Of a stretch of DNA of 64,000 bases, positions 10,572 through 19,989 are shown one piece after another. Each line of letters begins with the position of its first letter. The first letter of the stretch is position 1. A program made the position numbers and the translations under genes. Where the stretch lies: assembly GCA_034003345.1 (NCBI GenBank), contig JAVEYS010000003.1, positions 4,789 to 68,788 of the forward strand. The letters are read 5' to 3'. A model generated the notes under the pieces. It was given only the letters and a program-made list of their open reading frames with translations, did no database searches and was not told the DNA's origin. The DNA comes from Bacteroidales bacterium (GTDB taxonomy: Bacteria > Bacteroidota > Bacteroidia > Bacteroidales > VadinHA17).

Positions 10572-11302
10572 TGGAAGACTGGCTCTCACGCACGGAGATG
10601 CTTATAGGGGAGGAAGCCCTGCAACGGCTTAAGGATTCACATGTCGTTGTCGCCGGGCTGGGTGGCGTAGGTTCATGGGCTGCAGAGATTATCTGCAGGG
10701 CGGGGATCGGGGCCATGACCATCATTGACGGGGACATTGTGTCTACAGCAAATAAAAACCGGCAGCTGCCCGCATTGACATCCACCGCGGGAAGGATGAA
10801 GGCTGAAGTGATGGGAGAGAGGCTCCTCGATATCAATCCTGCCCTTAAGCTGAGTATCATCCCGGAGTTCATCCGTGATCAGAGGATGATTGATATCCTG
10901 GAGAAGGAGAGGTATGATTTTGTTGTTGACGCTATTGACACACTGTCGCCCAAGGTATTCCTTATATACCACTCCCTGAGGCTTAATCTGAAGATTGTCA
11001 GCTCAATGGGTGCCGGTGGCAAGTTAGACCCTACCTCAATCAGGGTTGCTGATATTTCTGAGACAACTTTCTGCAACCTGGCCCGTATGTTGAGAAAGAA
11101 GCTCCATAAGCTGGAAATCTACAACGGATTCCTTGCCGTCTACAGTCCCGAGGTGATAGACAAGGAGCTGATAGTCCGTGGCTCTGATGAGAGTAATAAG
11201 GCATCGAGTGTGGGAACCATGTCGTACATGCCTGCCGCCTTCGGCATTGTATGTGCCTCGGTGGTGATCAGGAATCTGGCGGGAATCACCCCGACTGTTT
11301 GA
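10568..11302 (+). CDS. tcdA: tRNA threonylcarbamoyladenosine dehydratase (ThiF/E1-like, TcdA/CsdL family)
   Basis: 244 aa. ThiF-type nucleotide loop VVVAGLGGVGSWAAE, NRQ motif and DAIDT motif. Confidence 0.8.
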   Translation: MMEDWLSRTEMLIGEEALQRLKDSHVVVAGLGGVGSWAAEIICRAGIGAMTIIDGDIVSTANKNRQLPALTSTAGRMKAEVMGERLLDINPALKLSIIPEFIRDQRMIDILEKERYDFVVDAIDTLSPKVFLIYHSLRLNLKIVSSMGAGGKLDPTSIRVADISETTFCNLARMLRKKLHKLEIYNGFLAVYSPEVIDKELIVRGSDESNKASSVGTMSYMPAAFGIVCASVVIRNLAGITPTV

Positions 11303-11411
11303 GAGGTAGTGGGCCCTTCTCTCTTACCACTTACGAAAGGGGAGGCATATAATGCAACAACATCCTGAAGGTGAGACCAGTGATGAAACGATCTGCCCGG
11401 GAAGAAGAGAC

Positions 11412-12965
11412 CTAATGTTCCAGAACGGCCTTCAGCGGAGGCATGTCATATCCGGGAGGCGGGCTCATCCTGGCATTCATGACCAGGGTATCACCTTCAA
11501 AGATGCACTTCACCTTTATATGATGAGGACTCTCGATGTACCTGATAATCATGTCAAGAGTCCCGCCGTCGCTCCATTCATAAGCTGCCGCGATGTCATG
11601 CGTTTCAGATCCTCCCGGACTCCTGATGAGATTGGGTCCGGCCATATTGGTTTTTGATATTATCCATTTACCCCTGCCGAAGGGTATGAGATTTTCCTGG
11701 CCGTTCATGTCAAGCGAAAGTCTGCATGTATCTCCTGAAAACAGCACTGAAAAGGAGTCCTGATTCTGAGGGTAGTCCAATGACAGGAATCGTTTCCCGG
11801 ATATCTCCGATGCCAGGGGAGGGTCAATCCTCTCCTCAGGAACCGGGAGTGTAAGTGTTGCCAGTCTCTCCTTAAGCCTGTCTGCTGCCGCCTTGTCACG
11901 TGACATCGGGTCATCCTGCATGGCAGGCAGGATATATTTCCATATCATGTTGAGCTCATCCTGCATGTCGGGTGATTCGGCGGTGATGGCTATAACGGCA
12001 TCCTTGTCGGGTATCACAATTATGAATTGCCCGTAGGCACCGTCAGCCCTGTAAGCGTTATTGCGTGAGCGCCAGAACTGGTAGCAGTAGCCCTGCATCC
12101 AGTCGCTTCTCCTTTTTATCTGCTCTGTCGCATTCGGAGCCTGGTCTATCTTGATGGTTGTGGCCTCCTCAACCCATTCAGAGGGAATTATCTGTTTTCC
12201 GTTCCAGATGCCCTTCTGAAGATACAGCTGACCGAACTTCGCCATATCTTCGGTCTTCACCCGAAGACCCCAGCCACCGGCATTGATTCCTTTCGGGCTT
12301 ATCTCCCAGTCATAACCCTCTATCCCCAGCGGCTCAAAGAGGCGTGGTTTCAGGTATTCTGACACCTTTTCCCCCGTTACTTTCTGCACTATTGCCGAGA
12401 GCATAAAAGTGGCCATCGAATTGTAAAGAAATTCCGTTCCCGGATCTTTAAGCACCGGGGTGGCAAGAAAACTCTTTACCCAGTCTTGTGAAGAGGATGG
12501 TATTGTTCCTGTCGGATCAGGCGACTGGCCGGCAGACATCATAAGAAGGTCCTTTACCGTCATGTCAGCCAGGAACGGAGTGACCGTATCCGGCAGCTGA
12601 TCAGGAAAGAAGGAGATAACCTTCTCATCCGTGCTGAGCAGCTTCTCCGTTACTGCAAACCCGACAGCGGTGGAGGTGAAGCTCTTGCTTGTCGAATAAA
12701 GAGTATGTCGCAGCTCCGGAGCATAAGGCTTCCACCATCCCTCGGCTATCACCTTCCCGTGACGCACTATCATGATGCTGTGAAACTCATGCATGCCTGT
12801 GGCAGCAGAGTCAAGGAACGTGATGATGCCTTCAGAGGAGACACCTTCAGCTTCAGGTGTACTCCGGGGCAGAGCGGTCGTTGCCGGAGTATTGGTTTTG
12901 CATCCTGTCAGCACGGCAAGAATCATCAGTGCCGTGAAACACCGGAGGTGAAAATTTAACTTCAT
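11412..12965 (-). CDS. serine hydrolase, beta-lactamase (class C / PBP4*-like) family, lipoprotein
   Basis: 517 aa. Lipobox LAVLTGC and the SxxK motif in YSTSKSFTSTAVG. Confidence 0.8.
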   Translation of the reverse strand: MKLNFHLRCFTALMILAVLTGCKTNTPATTALPRSTPEAEGVSSEGIITFLDSAATGMHEFHSIMIVRHGKVIAEGWWKPYAPELRHTLYSTSKSFTSTAVGFAVTEKLLSTDEKVISFFPDQLPDTVTPFLADMTVKDLLMMSAGQSPDPTGTIPSSSQDWVKSFLATPVLKDPGTEFLYNSMATFMLSAIVQKVTGEKVSEYLKPRLFEPLGIEGYDWEISPKGINAGGWGLRVKTEDMAKFGQLYLQKGIWNGKQIIPSEWVEEATTIKIDQAPNATEQIKRRSDWMQGYCYQFWRSRNNAYRADGAYGQFIIVIPDKDAVIAITAESPDMQDELNMIWKYILPAMQDDPMSRDKAAADRLKERLATLTLPVPEERIDPPLASEISGKRFLSLDYPQNQDSFSVLFSGDTCRLSLDMNGQENLIPFGRGKWIISKTNMAGPNLIRSPGGSETHDIAAAYEWSDGGTLDMIIRYIESPHHIKVKCIFEGDTLVMNARMSPPPGYDMPPLKAVLEH

Positions 12966-13017
12966 GAGTATTGTTTTTATGTTCAGGACCTAAGTAACAA
13001 TACCCAAAAATAGGATA

Positions 13018-13380
13018 TTATTTTGTATCAGGAGAGGGTTTCTGCTTTTCCTCTTCCACTATCTCTGTGGCTGTATACCCAAGCTTCTCTAAAGATCTTT
13101 TCAGTGTTTCAGGTTTTGTCTTGTCCTTCTGATACTGAATGGTAACCTCCTTTGTTGTGAGGTCGCACTTCACATCCCTGACTCCCTTTTCAAAGGGCAC
13201 GTTCTTCATTATCGTGTTAACGCAGTTTTCGCAGTCAATGCTCGTATCGAACCTGACAGTGGAGATCTCTTTCCTGTTCTTTTCCTGAGCTGACAGAGTT
13301 ACTGCAGAGAAGAGGAAAAGCATTGTGGCTGTGATAATAATGTTTTTCTTCATTTTCGTGGATAATTGATAATTTGACAA
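13018..13380 (-). CDS. heavy-metal-associated (HMA) domain protein, secreted
   Basis: 120-aa ORF. The likely real start is the internal MKKNIIITATMLFLF signal peptide at 13353. It has an HMA fold with the CxxC motif (DCENCVNTIMKNV) and follows the TonB-dependent receptor by 3-30 nt. Confidence 0.8.
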   Translation of the reverse strand: MSNYQLSTKMKKNIIITATMLFLFSAVTLSAQEKNRKEISTVRFDTSIDCENCVNTIMKNVPFEKGVRDVKCDLTTKEVTIQYQKDKTKPETLKRSLEKLGYTATEIVEEEKQKPSPDTK

Positions 13381-13383
13381 TAA

Positions 13384-15672
13384 TTAATTCTGATCACGTT
13401 CTAATGCAAACCTGAAGCCGGCATACAGTTTTCTGCCATGTACCGGTCCCCATATCATTCCGGAATCAAAATACTGGCTGAAAGGATCATCGGCGGCGAT
13501 GATGGCATCATGCTGTCTGGAGCCTGTGATATTCTCTGCTCCGATGTAGACGCTCCATTTCCTGAAGTATTTTGTTAACTGGGCATTCATTACAGGATAG
13601 GCGCTGAAGTAGTCATCTCTCCTGTATGGTTCGGGGTTTGTCATGGTTGATGGTATTCTGCCCGGCCCGTTGTATTGCAGTGTATAATCTACCTGCCATT
13701 TTTTCATACGGGTTGTGTATGAAGCAGTCAGCAGGCCTTTATAGCGTGACGAGAGCGGCTTCTCACGGAGCTCGCCTCCGATAGTCTGCCACACATCGTT
13801 CCAGCGCCAGGCGGCAGTGATGTCGAGGCCCGTCAGGGGCTGAAGCTGTGCCTCCAGCTGGAAGACATTGGACCACGATTTGCCGTCGAGGTTATAAAAG
13901 AGCACCTGGTCAACGCTGGAATCAAGATCGGTCACTATCTGTTTGATGAAGCTGGTCCGGTATGCTTCGCCAGAGATTCTAAGCTCACGGTCTCCCAGGG
14001 GGATATATCCGGTGAGGTTAATGCCGGCGTTCCATGCCTCCTCAATGTCAAGATCGTTTGCTATGACTATTGCCCTGCTGCTTGCCAGGTAAAACATGTT
14101 CTCCGCCATGACATGAACAGTGCGGAATCCTTTGCCGGCGGAGGCTCTGAGGGTCATCTTTGGTGTTATCTCATAACGCAGGTGTATCCGTGGTGTGAAC
14201 TGTGCGCCGTGGTTCCGGTAGAAGTCATATCTGACGCCGGCAAGAAGAGTCACTTTTGCCGAGTCAGTGTAGGTATACTGAAGGAAAACACCGGGTACTG
14301 ATTCTATGGTCTCGCCAGCCAGGTCAGTGGCGACAAGGCCTGCAGATGATTCATAAACGCCGCGCATTTCATCATAGTGGTCATAACGGTAACTCGCACC
14401 GGCATCGATGGTATGCTTCTCTGCCGGGAAATACTGGTAGAGGAGGTTTGTGTAATAGCTCTTTTGTGTGGCATCATAAGTGTTAAATCCCATCCATGAG
14501 TTCATGTCATGGTATGCCATGCTCTGTATCCATCCCAGTGACATCTTGTCCTCCGGGCCGAAGAGGCCTCCAAGTTTTGTGAAAGCCTCGGTACGTTCTG
14601 TGCCGATAGTTATACCGTATCCGTTGTCCCAGGTATTTGCGTCGTTTCTGTCATAACTAAACTGGCCGCCAATACGCTCTTCTTTCAGGTATTTAATACC
14701 TGCACGGAAGGTAAGGTTATTACTAAGGTAGTCCCACCGGTTCATGAAACTATACTGTCTTACATCCGGCTCATCACGGAAGCCGTCATTGTTATGGTCG
14801 CTGGCACCTGATTGTGTCTCGGCGTGGGCAAGGATCATCGTACTCCATAACTCGTTAAGCCTGACGGAGGCGTCGGCATTTGATTCGAACTTCCCGGCAT
14901 CACTCACAAACCCATTAACAAAGATCTTGTCGCTGGTGGCTGGCTTCTTGTACTCAACATTTATCTGGCCGGTAATAGACTCATTACCGTTACGTACAGA
15001 TGATGTTCCTTTGGACACCTGAATAGATTCCATCCATGGTCCGGGTATGTAACTGAGACCATAGGCAGCTCCAAGCCCGTACATGGAGGGGATGTTCTCA
15101 GCAAGTATCTGTACATACGAACCGGCAAGCCCCAGCAGCTGTATCTGTTTTGCTCCTGTGGCAGCGTCAGCATAATTGACATCCACGGAAGCATTGGTGA
15201 CAAAGCTCTCAGAGAGGTTACAGCATGCCGCCTTGCATAACTCCGCCCCCGTGATCTTAACCGTTGCGATAGGCGCACTCCTGTCCAGGTGTGCCCCTGT
15301 GGCACGCCCGATCACAGTGATCTCGCCAAGCAAACTGTTCTCAGTAAGGAAGATCTCAATATAGTCATCACCGGGTGCTACTATGACAGTATCCGGGGTG
15401 TACCCAACGAAGCTGGCGACAAGGAGTTCATTTCCCTTTATTTTCTTAAGCGAGAAGTAGCCGGCCGCATTTGTTGAGGCGCCGGTGGTGGTTCCACTCC
15501 AAACGACATTTGCTCCGGGGAGACCTGAGTTATCCGGGGCTCCACCCTCACCGGAAATCATCACCTTGCCCTCAATCCTGCCCTGTGCAATGGATAAGGC
15601 CGGGATGATTATCATTATGAATATTAATATTTTATGTTTCATGAGTAGGTTTCTTGTTTTATTTTGCCGCAT
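13384..15672 (-). CDS. TonB-dependent outer-membrane receptor with N-terminal carboxypeptidase-regulatory-like domain
   Basis: 762 aa. It has a signal peptide (alternative start MKHKILIF at 15642), a CarboxypepD_reg-like segment GRIEGKVMIS...GANVVWSGTTTGASTNAAGYFSL, then a plug and a long beta-barrel rich in Y/G/N/S. Confidence 0.9.
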   Translation of the reverse strand: MRQNKTRNLLMKHKILIFIMIIIPALSIAQGRIEGKVMISGEGGAPDNSGLPGANVVWSGTTTGASTNAAGYFSLKKIKGNELLVASFVGYTPDTVIVAPGDDYIEIFLTENSLLGEITVIGRATGAHLDRSAPIATVKITGAELCKAACCNLSESFVTNASVDVNYADAATGAKQIQLLGLAGSYVQILAENIPSMYGLGAAYGLSYIPGPWMESIQVSKGTSSVRNGNESITGQINVEYKKPATSDKIFVNGFVSDAGKFESNADASVRLNELWSTMILAHAETQSGASDHNNDGFRDEPDVRQYSFMNRWDYLSNNLTFRAGIKYLKEERIGGQFSYDRNDANTWDNGYGITIGTERTEAFTKLGGLFGPEDKMSLGWIQSMAYHDMNSWMGFNTYDATQKSYYTNLLYQYFPAEKHTIDAGASYRYDHYDEMRGVYESSAGLVATDLAGETIESVPGVFLQYTYTDSAKVTLLAGVRYDFYRNHGAQFTPRIHLRYEITPKMTLRASAGKGFRTVHVMAENMFYLASSRAIVIANDLDIEEAWNAGINLTGYIPLGDRELRISGEAYRTSFIKQIVTDLDSSVDQVLFYNLDGKSWSNVFQLEAQLQPLTGLDITAAWRWNDVWQTIGGELREKPLSSRYKGLLTASYTTRMKKWQVDYTLQYNGPGRIPSTMTNPEPYRRDDYFSAYPVMNAQLTKYFRKWSVYIGAENITGSRQHDAIIAADDPFSQYFDSGMIWGPVHGRKLYAGFRFALERDQN

Positions 15673-15886
15673 ATCCCATCAAGCTGAGGATGAGTATTCT
15701 CATCTTCAGTAATTATTCTTCATAATTGTATGTATTTGGAAACATGCGGATTTCATAGGTGAAAATGATTGTAAATGGTTATCTGCCAGACGGATATTGC
15801 ATGCATAACCCCTGTGATTACATGTACCGCCAGTTACAGGGACCATGAATGTCATAATCCCGTAATATGCTGGCCCTATGAATGTT

Positions 15887-16324
15887 TCACGATAATATCT
15901 GGCAATGCATCATCGCCAGGTCACGTCCGCAGAGACACGGATAGTCATGGAAGAATGTCCGGATGTTTTGTTCAGGAAGTAAAGGAATAATGGCAACAAC
16001 GGTAGCAGCATCGAAGTAGGGTATGATCTCATTCTGGATTTCAGACTGCACGAGCTCGTCAGTCACAATCCTTTCTGCGTTATGCGTACAGCAGTCGTCA
16101 GAAAAGACCTCCTCACCGTTACTGTGATTGTGCAGACCATCCACTGTTTCATGAGCGCAGCAGCAGATATCATCTTCATCATTAGCTCCAACCATTGCGA
16201 TGATCTCCTCTGTGCCGCAGTGCAGGCAGTTATGCCTTATGAGGGTATAGCCCATGCTGCCTGACAGAAGCAGCAACATCAGCAATGCTGAAATAAAAGG
16301 AGATATCTTTCGGATACTTTTCAC
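15887..16324 (-). CDS. small membrane-anchored Cys/His-rich protein, function unknown
   Basis: 145 aa. N-terminal hydrophobic anchor ISALLMLLLLSGSMG followed by HNCLHCG, CCCAHE, DDCCTHN and PCLCG. It is co-oriented with and directly upstream of the TonB receptor + HMA pair. Confidence 0.6.
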   Translation of the reverse strand: MKSIRKISPFISALLMLLLLSGSMGYTLIRHNCLHCGTEEIIAMVGANDEDDICCCAHETVDGLHNHSNGEEVFSDDCCTHNAERIVTDELVQSEIQNEIIPYFDAATVVAIIPLLPEQNIRTFFHDYPCLCGRDLAMMHCQILS

Positions 16325-16424
16325 GGGCTCAAATATAACAACATTATCAATACTATTGTTGAGTCTTTATAAGCCTGCATCAGACCCGATGACTGCCGTT
16401 GGCGGAATCTGGCAACCTGAGCAT

Positions 16425-16461
16425 AAAAAAAAGCAAAGGCAGGTCTCAGACCTGCCTTTGC
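16425..16461 (-). terminator. intrinsic terminator downstream of the dodecin gene
   Basis: 13-bp perfect stem GCAAAGGCAGGTC / GACCTGCCTTTGC with a 3-nt loop. It is followed by T8 on the minus strand. Confidence 0.65.
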
Positions 16462-16612
16462 CGCAATCATTAGGTGACCGTGTGATCAGATACTATTCAA
16501 TGGGAGGAATAACCTCAACATGACCTTATATTACCTGCGCACTTATAAGATTTGAATTTTTTGGTGGAAATATTCTAAAAGAATGAAATAAGCTCCTCGA
16601 GATAATGTTACG

Positions 16613-16813
16613 TCAAATTACTTCAAATGATATTTTAACATCAACACGGTATTCGGTGATTTTGTTCTTAACCACCACAGCGCTCTGGTCCTTTACATAA
16701 ACAGAACGTATCTCCTTGACTGTCTTGGCTGCCATCTTCACGGCAGAAGCTGTTGCATCTTCCCAGCTAACGGGTGAGGATGCAAGAATCTCAATTACTT
16801 TTAATACTGCCAT
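16613..16813 (-). CDS. dodecin-family flavin-binding protein
   Basis: 66 aa. The sequence MAVLKVIEILASSPVSWEDA...VKDQSAVV...EYRVDVKISFEV matches the dodecin (DUF1458) pattern and length. Confidence 0.8.
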   Translation of the reverse strand: MAVLKVIEILASSPVSWEDATASAVKMAAKTVKEIRSVYVKDQSAVVVKNKITEYRVDVKISFEVI

Positions 16814-17027
16814 AATTGTATGAAATTAATTGGTTAATAATAAAAGTTGCTCTTTTTCTACGGCTTCGCTTCACCGGAATCTGTAAGATAGCAAAAAATT
16901 ATGACATGATCTAATATTTTGAATGTCAATTGATAATTATGTTCTATTTTAGATGTTTAGCCATTCTATTTACTATATTTGAGTATAGTTAACCTGATAA
17001 TAATTAATAATTAAAAAATTTCTGAAT

Positions 17028-17459
17028 ATGGGAATGATTAAAGAATTCAAGGAATTTGCCGTAAAAGGCAATATGCTTGACATGGCCGTTGGTATAATTA
17101 TCGGCGGAGCTTTTGGCAAGATAATCACATCACTGGTGAATGACGTTCTTATGCCTCCGCTGGGGATGCTTCTTGGCAAGGTGGATTTCACCAGTCTCAA
17201 GGCTGTACTTCAGAAGGGTAATGATGCAGTGATGGACGGTGTAGCAGTAATACAGCCGGCCGTAAGCGAGGTCACAATTAATTACGGCATGTTCATACAG
17301 ACTGTCATCGATTTCCTGATTGTGGCATTCTGTATCTTCCTGGTGATAAAGGGCATGAACAGTCTCAAGAGGAAAGAAGAAGCTGCTCCCGCTGCACCTC
17401 CTGCACCGAGTGATGAAGCAGTGCTTCTGAAAGAGATCCGCGACCTGCTGAAAAAATAA
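17028..17459 (+). CDS. mscL: large-conductance mechanosensitive channel
   Basis: 143 aa. It carries the canonical N-terminus [44 protein letters not shown]. Confidence 0.95.
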   Translation: MGMIKEFKEFAVKGNMLDMAVGIIIGGAFGKIITSLVNDVLMPPLGMLLGKVDFTSLKAVLQKGNDAVMDGVAVIQPAVSEVTINYGMFIQTVIDFLIVAFCIFLVIKGMNSLKRKEEAAPAAPPAPSDEAVLLKEIRDLLKK

Positions 17460-17605
17460 GACCTCTTACAATATTTCTTAAGGAAAATTGTTTGCATATT
17501 TGCAATCAGTTTAGTTATGGCAAGAATTAAGAGATATTATTGGTGGCGCAGGCTTTTTCCCGACAGGGGTTAAGCAGGAGTCCGGACCAGAGATTAAATA
17601 ACGAG

Positions 17606-17634
17606 GGCTGCAGTCAGTGACTGCGGCCTTTTGT
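17606..17634 (+). terminator. intrinsic terminator for the plus-strand (mscL) transcript
   Basis: GGCTGCAGT-CAGTG-ACTGCGGCC hairpin followed by TTTTGT. Confidence 0.5.
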
Positions 17635-17647
17635 ATGGTACAAAGCC

Positions 17648-17676
17648 AAAAAAAAGCCAGCCCTGATCGGGCCGGC
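17648..17676 (-). terminator. intrinsic terminator for the minus-strand (M48-hflK-hflC) transcript
   Basis: The minus strand reads GCCGGCCC-GATCA-GGGCTGGC followed by T8. It faces the plus-strand terminator 14 nt away. Confidence 0.5.
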
Positions 17677-17722
17677 CTCTTTTACTCCGGAAAGGTATTA
17701 AACAGAACCTGAACCAGAAAGA

Positions 17723-17857
17723 TCATTGGATGTAAAAATTGAACTCGTAGGACAAACCATTTTCACGCAACCACCTGCGAAGTGCTTTGGCAATCTTTCT
17801 TTTCCGGAGCAGGACAATTCCTATTCCTTCTGCTGTTATCTGATAATATGGTCTCAT
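17723..17857 (-). CDS. candidate unannotated small protein (44 aa)
   Basis: Below the ORF-track cutoff. Translation is MRPYYQITAEGIGIVLLRKRKIAKALRRWLRENGLSYEFNFYIQ. It lies between the hflC stop and the minus-strand terminator. No homology is recognised. Confidence 0.3.
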   Translation of the reverse strand: MRPYYQITAEGIGIVLLRKRKIAKALRRWLRENGLSYEFNFYIQ

Positions 17858-18046
17858 TTCTTATGACCAATGGATGGCAAAAGGCCATTCGTCACTCATT
17901 TATAAGGCTAATATAAGCCCGGCGAGGACCAGCGACAAGGTTGTTTTGATGTACAGGCGTCAGGTGTTGACCAATAAAGGCAATAGTATGACATTACGGT
18001 GCCCGCAGGAGTAATGTTTACGTGAAAGACTGCCCTGGTACCGGGG

Positions 18047-18997
18047 TCAGTTGAAACCGTTCAGGTATCTGTAAAGCTCACTGTCTGTTGACAGTATCAG
18101 TGTGGTGGTAGAGTCGAAGGTCATCCGGAAAGCCTCCATTGACTTCATGAAGCCGTAGAGGTTACGTGATGCCGGTGTCTTGTCATAGGCATCGGCGTAT
18201 ATTGCCGCCGCCCTGGCATCGGCACGGCCGCTTATCTCCTCTGCCTTGCGGAACGCTTCCGACTGAATGGTTTTCAGGTCACGTTCCTTTTCACCGTTTA
18301 TCTTTGAGGCCTCACCCTGGCCTTCCGACCGGAACCTCTCAGCTATACGGTAACGCTCGCTCTTCATGCGCTCATAGATCTGTGTCCTGACATCCTCAAC
18401 ATAATTAAGGCGCTTGATCCTGACATCAAGGATCACAATGCCAAGGTCCTTTGCCTTATCATTGGCCGAGATCAGTATCATATCCTCGATATTCTGCCTG
18501 CCAGTCTTAATATCGGGCAGTGAGTCACCTGTCTCTTCGCCTATAAGCCCTGACGAGACAGGTGTCCTGTTGATGGAACGGACTATCTCTTCCAGGTTAT
18601 GGCCTGCAATATGATCACGGGTCTCGCCGTCAAGGATGTCAGCCAGCCTCGATTGTGCTCCTCTCTCATCTGTCAGTCTCTTGAAAAACTGAAGCGGATC
18701 GGTGATCTGCCAGCGGGCATATGTATCAACGAAGATGAACTTCTTGTCCTTTGTGGGCACCTGGTTAGGGTCGCCGTCCCACTCCATATACCTCTTCTCG
18801 AAGTAGTTGGTCCTCTGAATGAAGGGCACCTTAAGCTTCAGTCCGGGAGTGATCTTGGCTTCGCCCACAGGCTTGCCAAACTGGGTCACTACAACCTGTT
18901 CGGTCTCTTTTACCATGTAGACGCACTCGAGTATCAGCAGGAGGGCTGCCAGAATCAGGGAGAGGGTTACAATCAGTCTGCTTGTTTTTGAAGTCAT
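18047..18997 (-). CDS. hflC: protease modulator HflC (SPFH family)
   Basis: 316 aa. N-terminal TM segment, then VVVTQFGKPVGE...PGLKLKVPFIQ. It follows hflK with a 3-nt gap. Confidence 0.9.
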   Translation of the reverse strand: MTSKTSRLIVTLSLILAALLLILECVYMVKETEQVVVTQFGKPVGEAKITPGLKLKVPFIQRTNYFEKRYMEWDGDPNQVPTKDKKFIFVDTYARWQITDPLQFFKRLTDERGAQSRLADILDGETRDHIAGHNLEEIVRSINRTPVSSGLIGEETGDSLPDIKTGRQNIEDMILISANDKAKDLGIVILDVRIKRLNYVEDVRTQIYERMKSERYRIAERFRSEGQGEASKINGEKERDLKTIQSEAFRKAEEISGRADARAAAIYADAYDKTPASRNLYGFMKSMEAFRMTFDSTTTLILSTDSELYRYLNGFN

Positions 18998-19000
18998 GGG

Positions 19001-19978
19001 TTACTTTTTTGAATTGAGTTGCATCTGCAGAAGAGGCAGAAGGTTGTTGCCGCTTTCGTCCGTGATTATTTTGTTCCCGGCTTTCGGGATTATATCTTCC
19101 ATAGTCTCGAGGTAGATCCTGCGTTTGGTCACCTCGGGAGCCTTTATATACTCGTAATAGAGAGCATTAAAACGTGAAGATTCACCAAGGGCGTTGTTCA
19201 CCCTCTCGGCGGCATATCCTTCTGCGCGCTGGATAGTCTCTTCAGCCTGTCCCTTTGCCCTGGGTATGACTTTGTTATACTCCGAGCGGGCCTGGTTTAT
19301 GAGTGTCTCTCTCTCCTGCACTGCCTGGTTGACATCATTGAAGGCATCCTTCACCGGATCAGGAGGGTTGACATCCTGCAGCACCACCTGCTCTATCCTG
19401 ATGCCCAGTGAATACTCAGTGCACAGTGCCTGGATCTTTTGTTGCACGCTGGATGCGATCTCCGCCCTTCCCACTGTCAGCACTTCGTTGACGGTGCGGT
19501 CGCCTACAATTTCCCGCATGGAAGCCTCCGAGATATCACGGAGGGCAACCTTAGGTTCCCTGACCCTGAACAGATAGCTGAAGGGGTCATCTATACGGTA
19601 TTGTACCACCCACTCCACATCTGCAAGGTTAAGATCGCCGGTAAGCATGAGGGACTCATCCGTTGTCCCCTCTTTTGTATATTCAGATCTTATACCCGAC
19701 TGGGTGGTTCTGAAACCAAACTCTTCCTTCTGCTGCCTTTCCACGGCAACCTTATAGAGTCTTTCGATTATCGGCATTTTCAGGTTTAGCCCCGACTCAA
19801 CCTTGCGCACATATTTCCCGAAACGGGTTATGATACCTACCTCTTCCGGCTGTATCTGGAAGAGAGTGGTGACAAGGAAAAACAGGATTAAGATGGCGAT
19901 GAGTGCGTACTTCACATAAAGCCAGTTTTTGTCTGTCCAGGTACTGCCGCCTGGTCTTCTGAAGTTTGTTTCTGCCAA
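19001..19978 (-). CDS. hflK: protease modulator HflK (SPFH family)
   Basis: 325 aa. TM segment, then VGIITRFGKYVRKVESGLNLKMPIIE and a coiled-coil C-terminal part. Confidence 0.9.
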   Translation of the reverse strand: MAETNFRRPGGSTWTDKNWLYVKYALIAILILFFLVTTLFQIQPEEVGIITRFGKYVRKVESGLNLKMPIIERLYKVAVERQQKEEFGFRTTQSGIRSEYTKEGTTDESLMLTGDLNLADVEWVVQYRIDDPFSYLFRVREPKVALRDISEASMREIVGDRTVNEVLTVGRAEIASSVQQKIQALCTEYSLGIRIEQVVLQDVNPPDPVKDAFNDVNQAVQERETLINQARSEYNKVIPRAKGQAEETIQRAEGYAAERVNNALGESSRFNALYYEYIKAPEVTKRRIYLETMEDIIPKAGNKIITDESGNNLLPLLQMQLNSKK

Positions 19979-19989
19979 TTTTGTAAGTT

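Noticed and set aside
11352-11657. A 101-aa plus-strand ORF overlapping the 3' end of the serine hydrolase gene.
   Set aside because: It is antisense to a well-supported gene, has no motif and lies in the convergent gap after tcdA.
15673-15886. Possible cobalamin or other riboswitch upstream of the TonB-dependent receptor.
   Set aside because: No B12-box-like sequence is recognisable. Only a 10-bp hairpin lies near the start codon. The region may simply be an intercistronic spacer within the operon.
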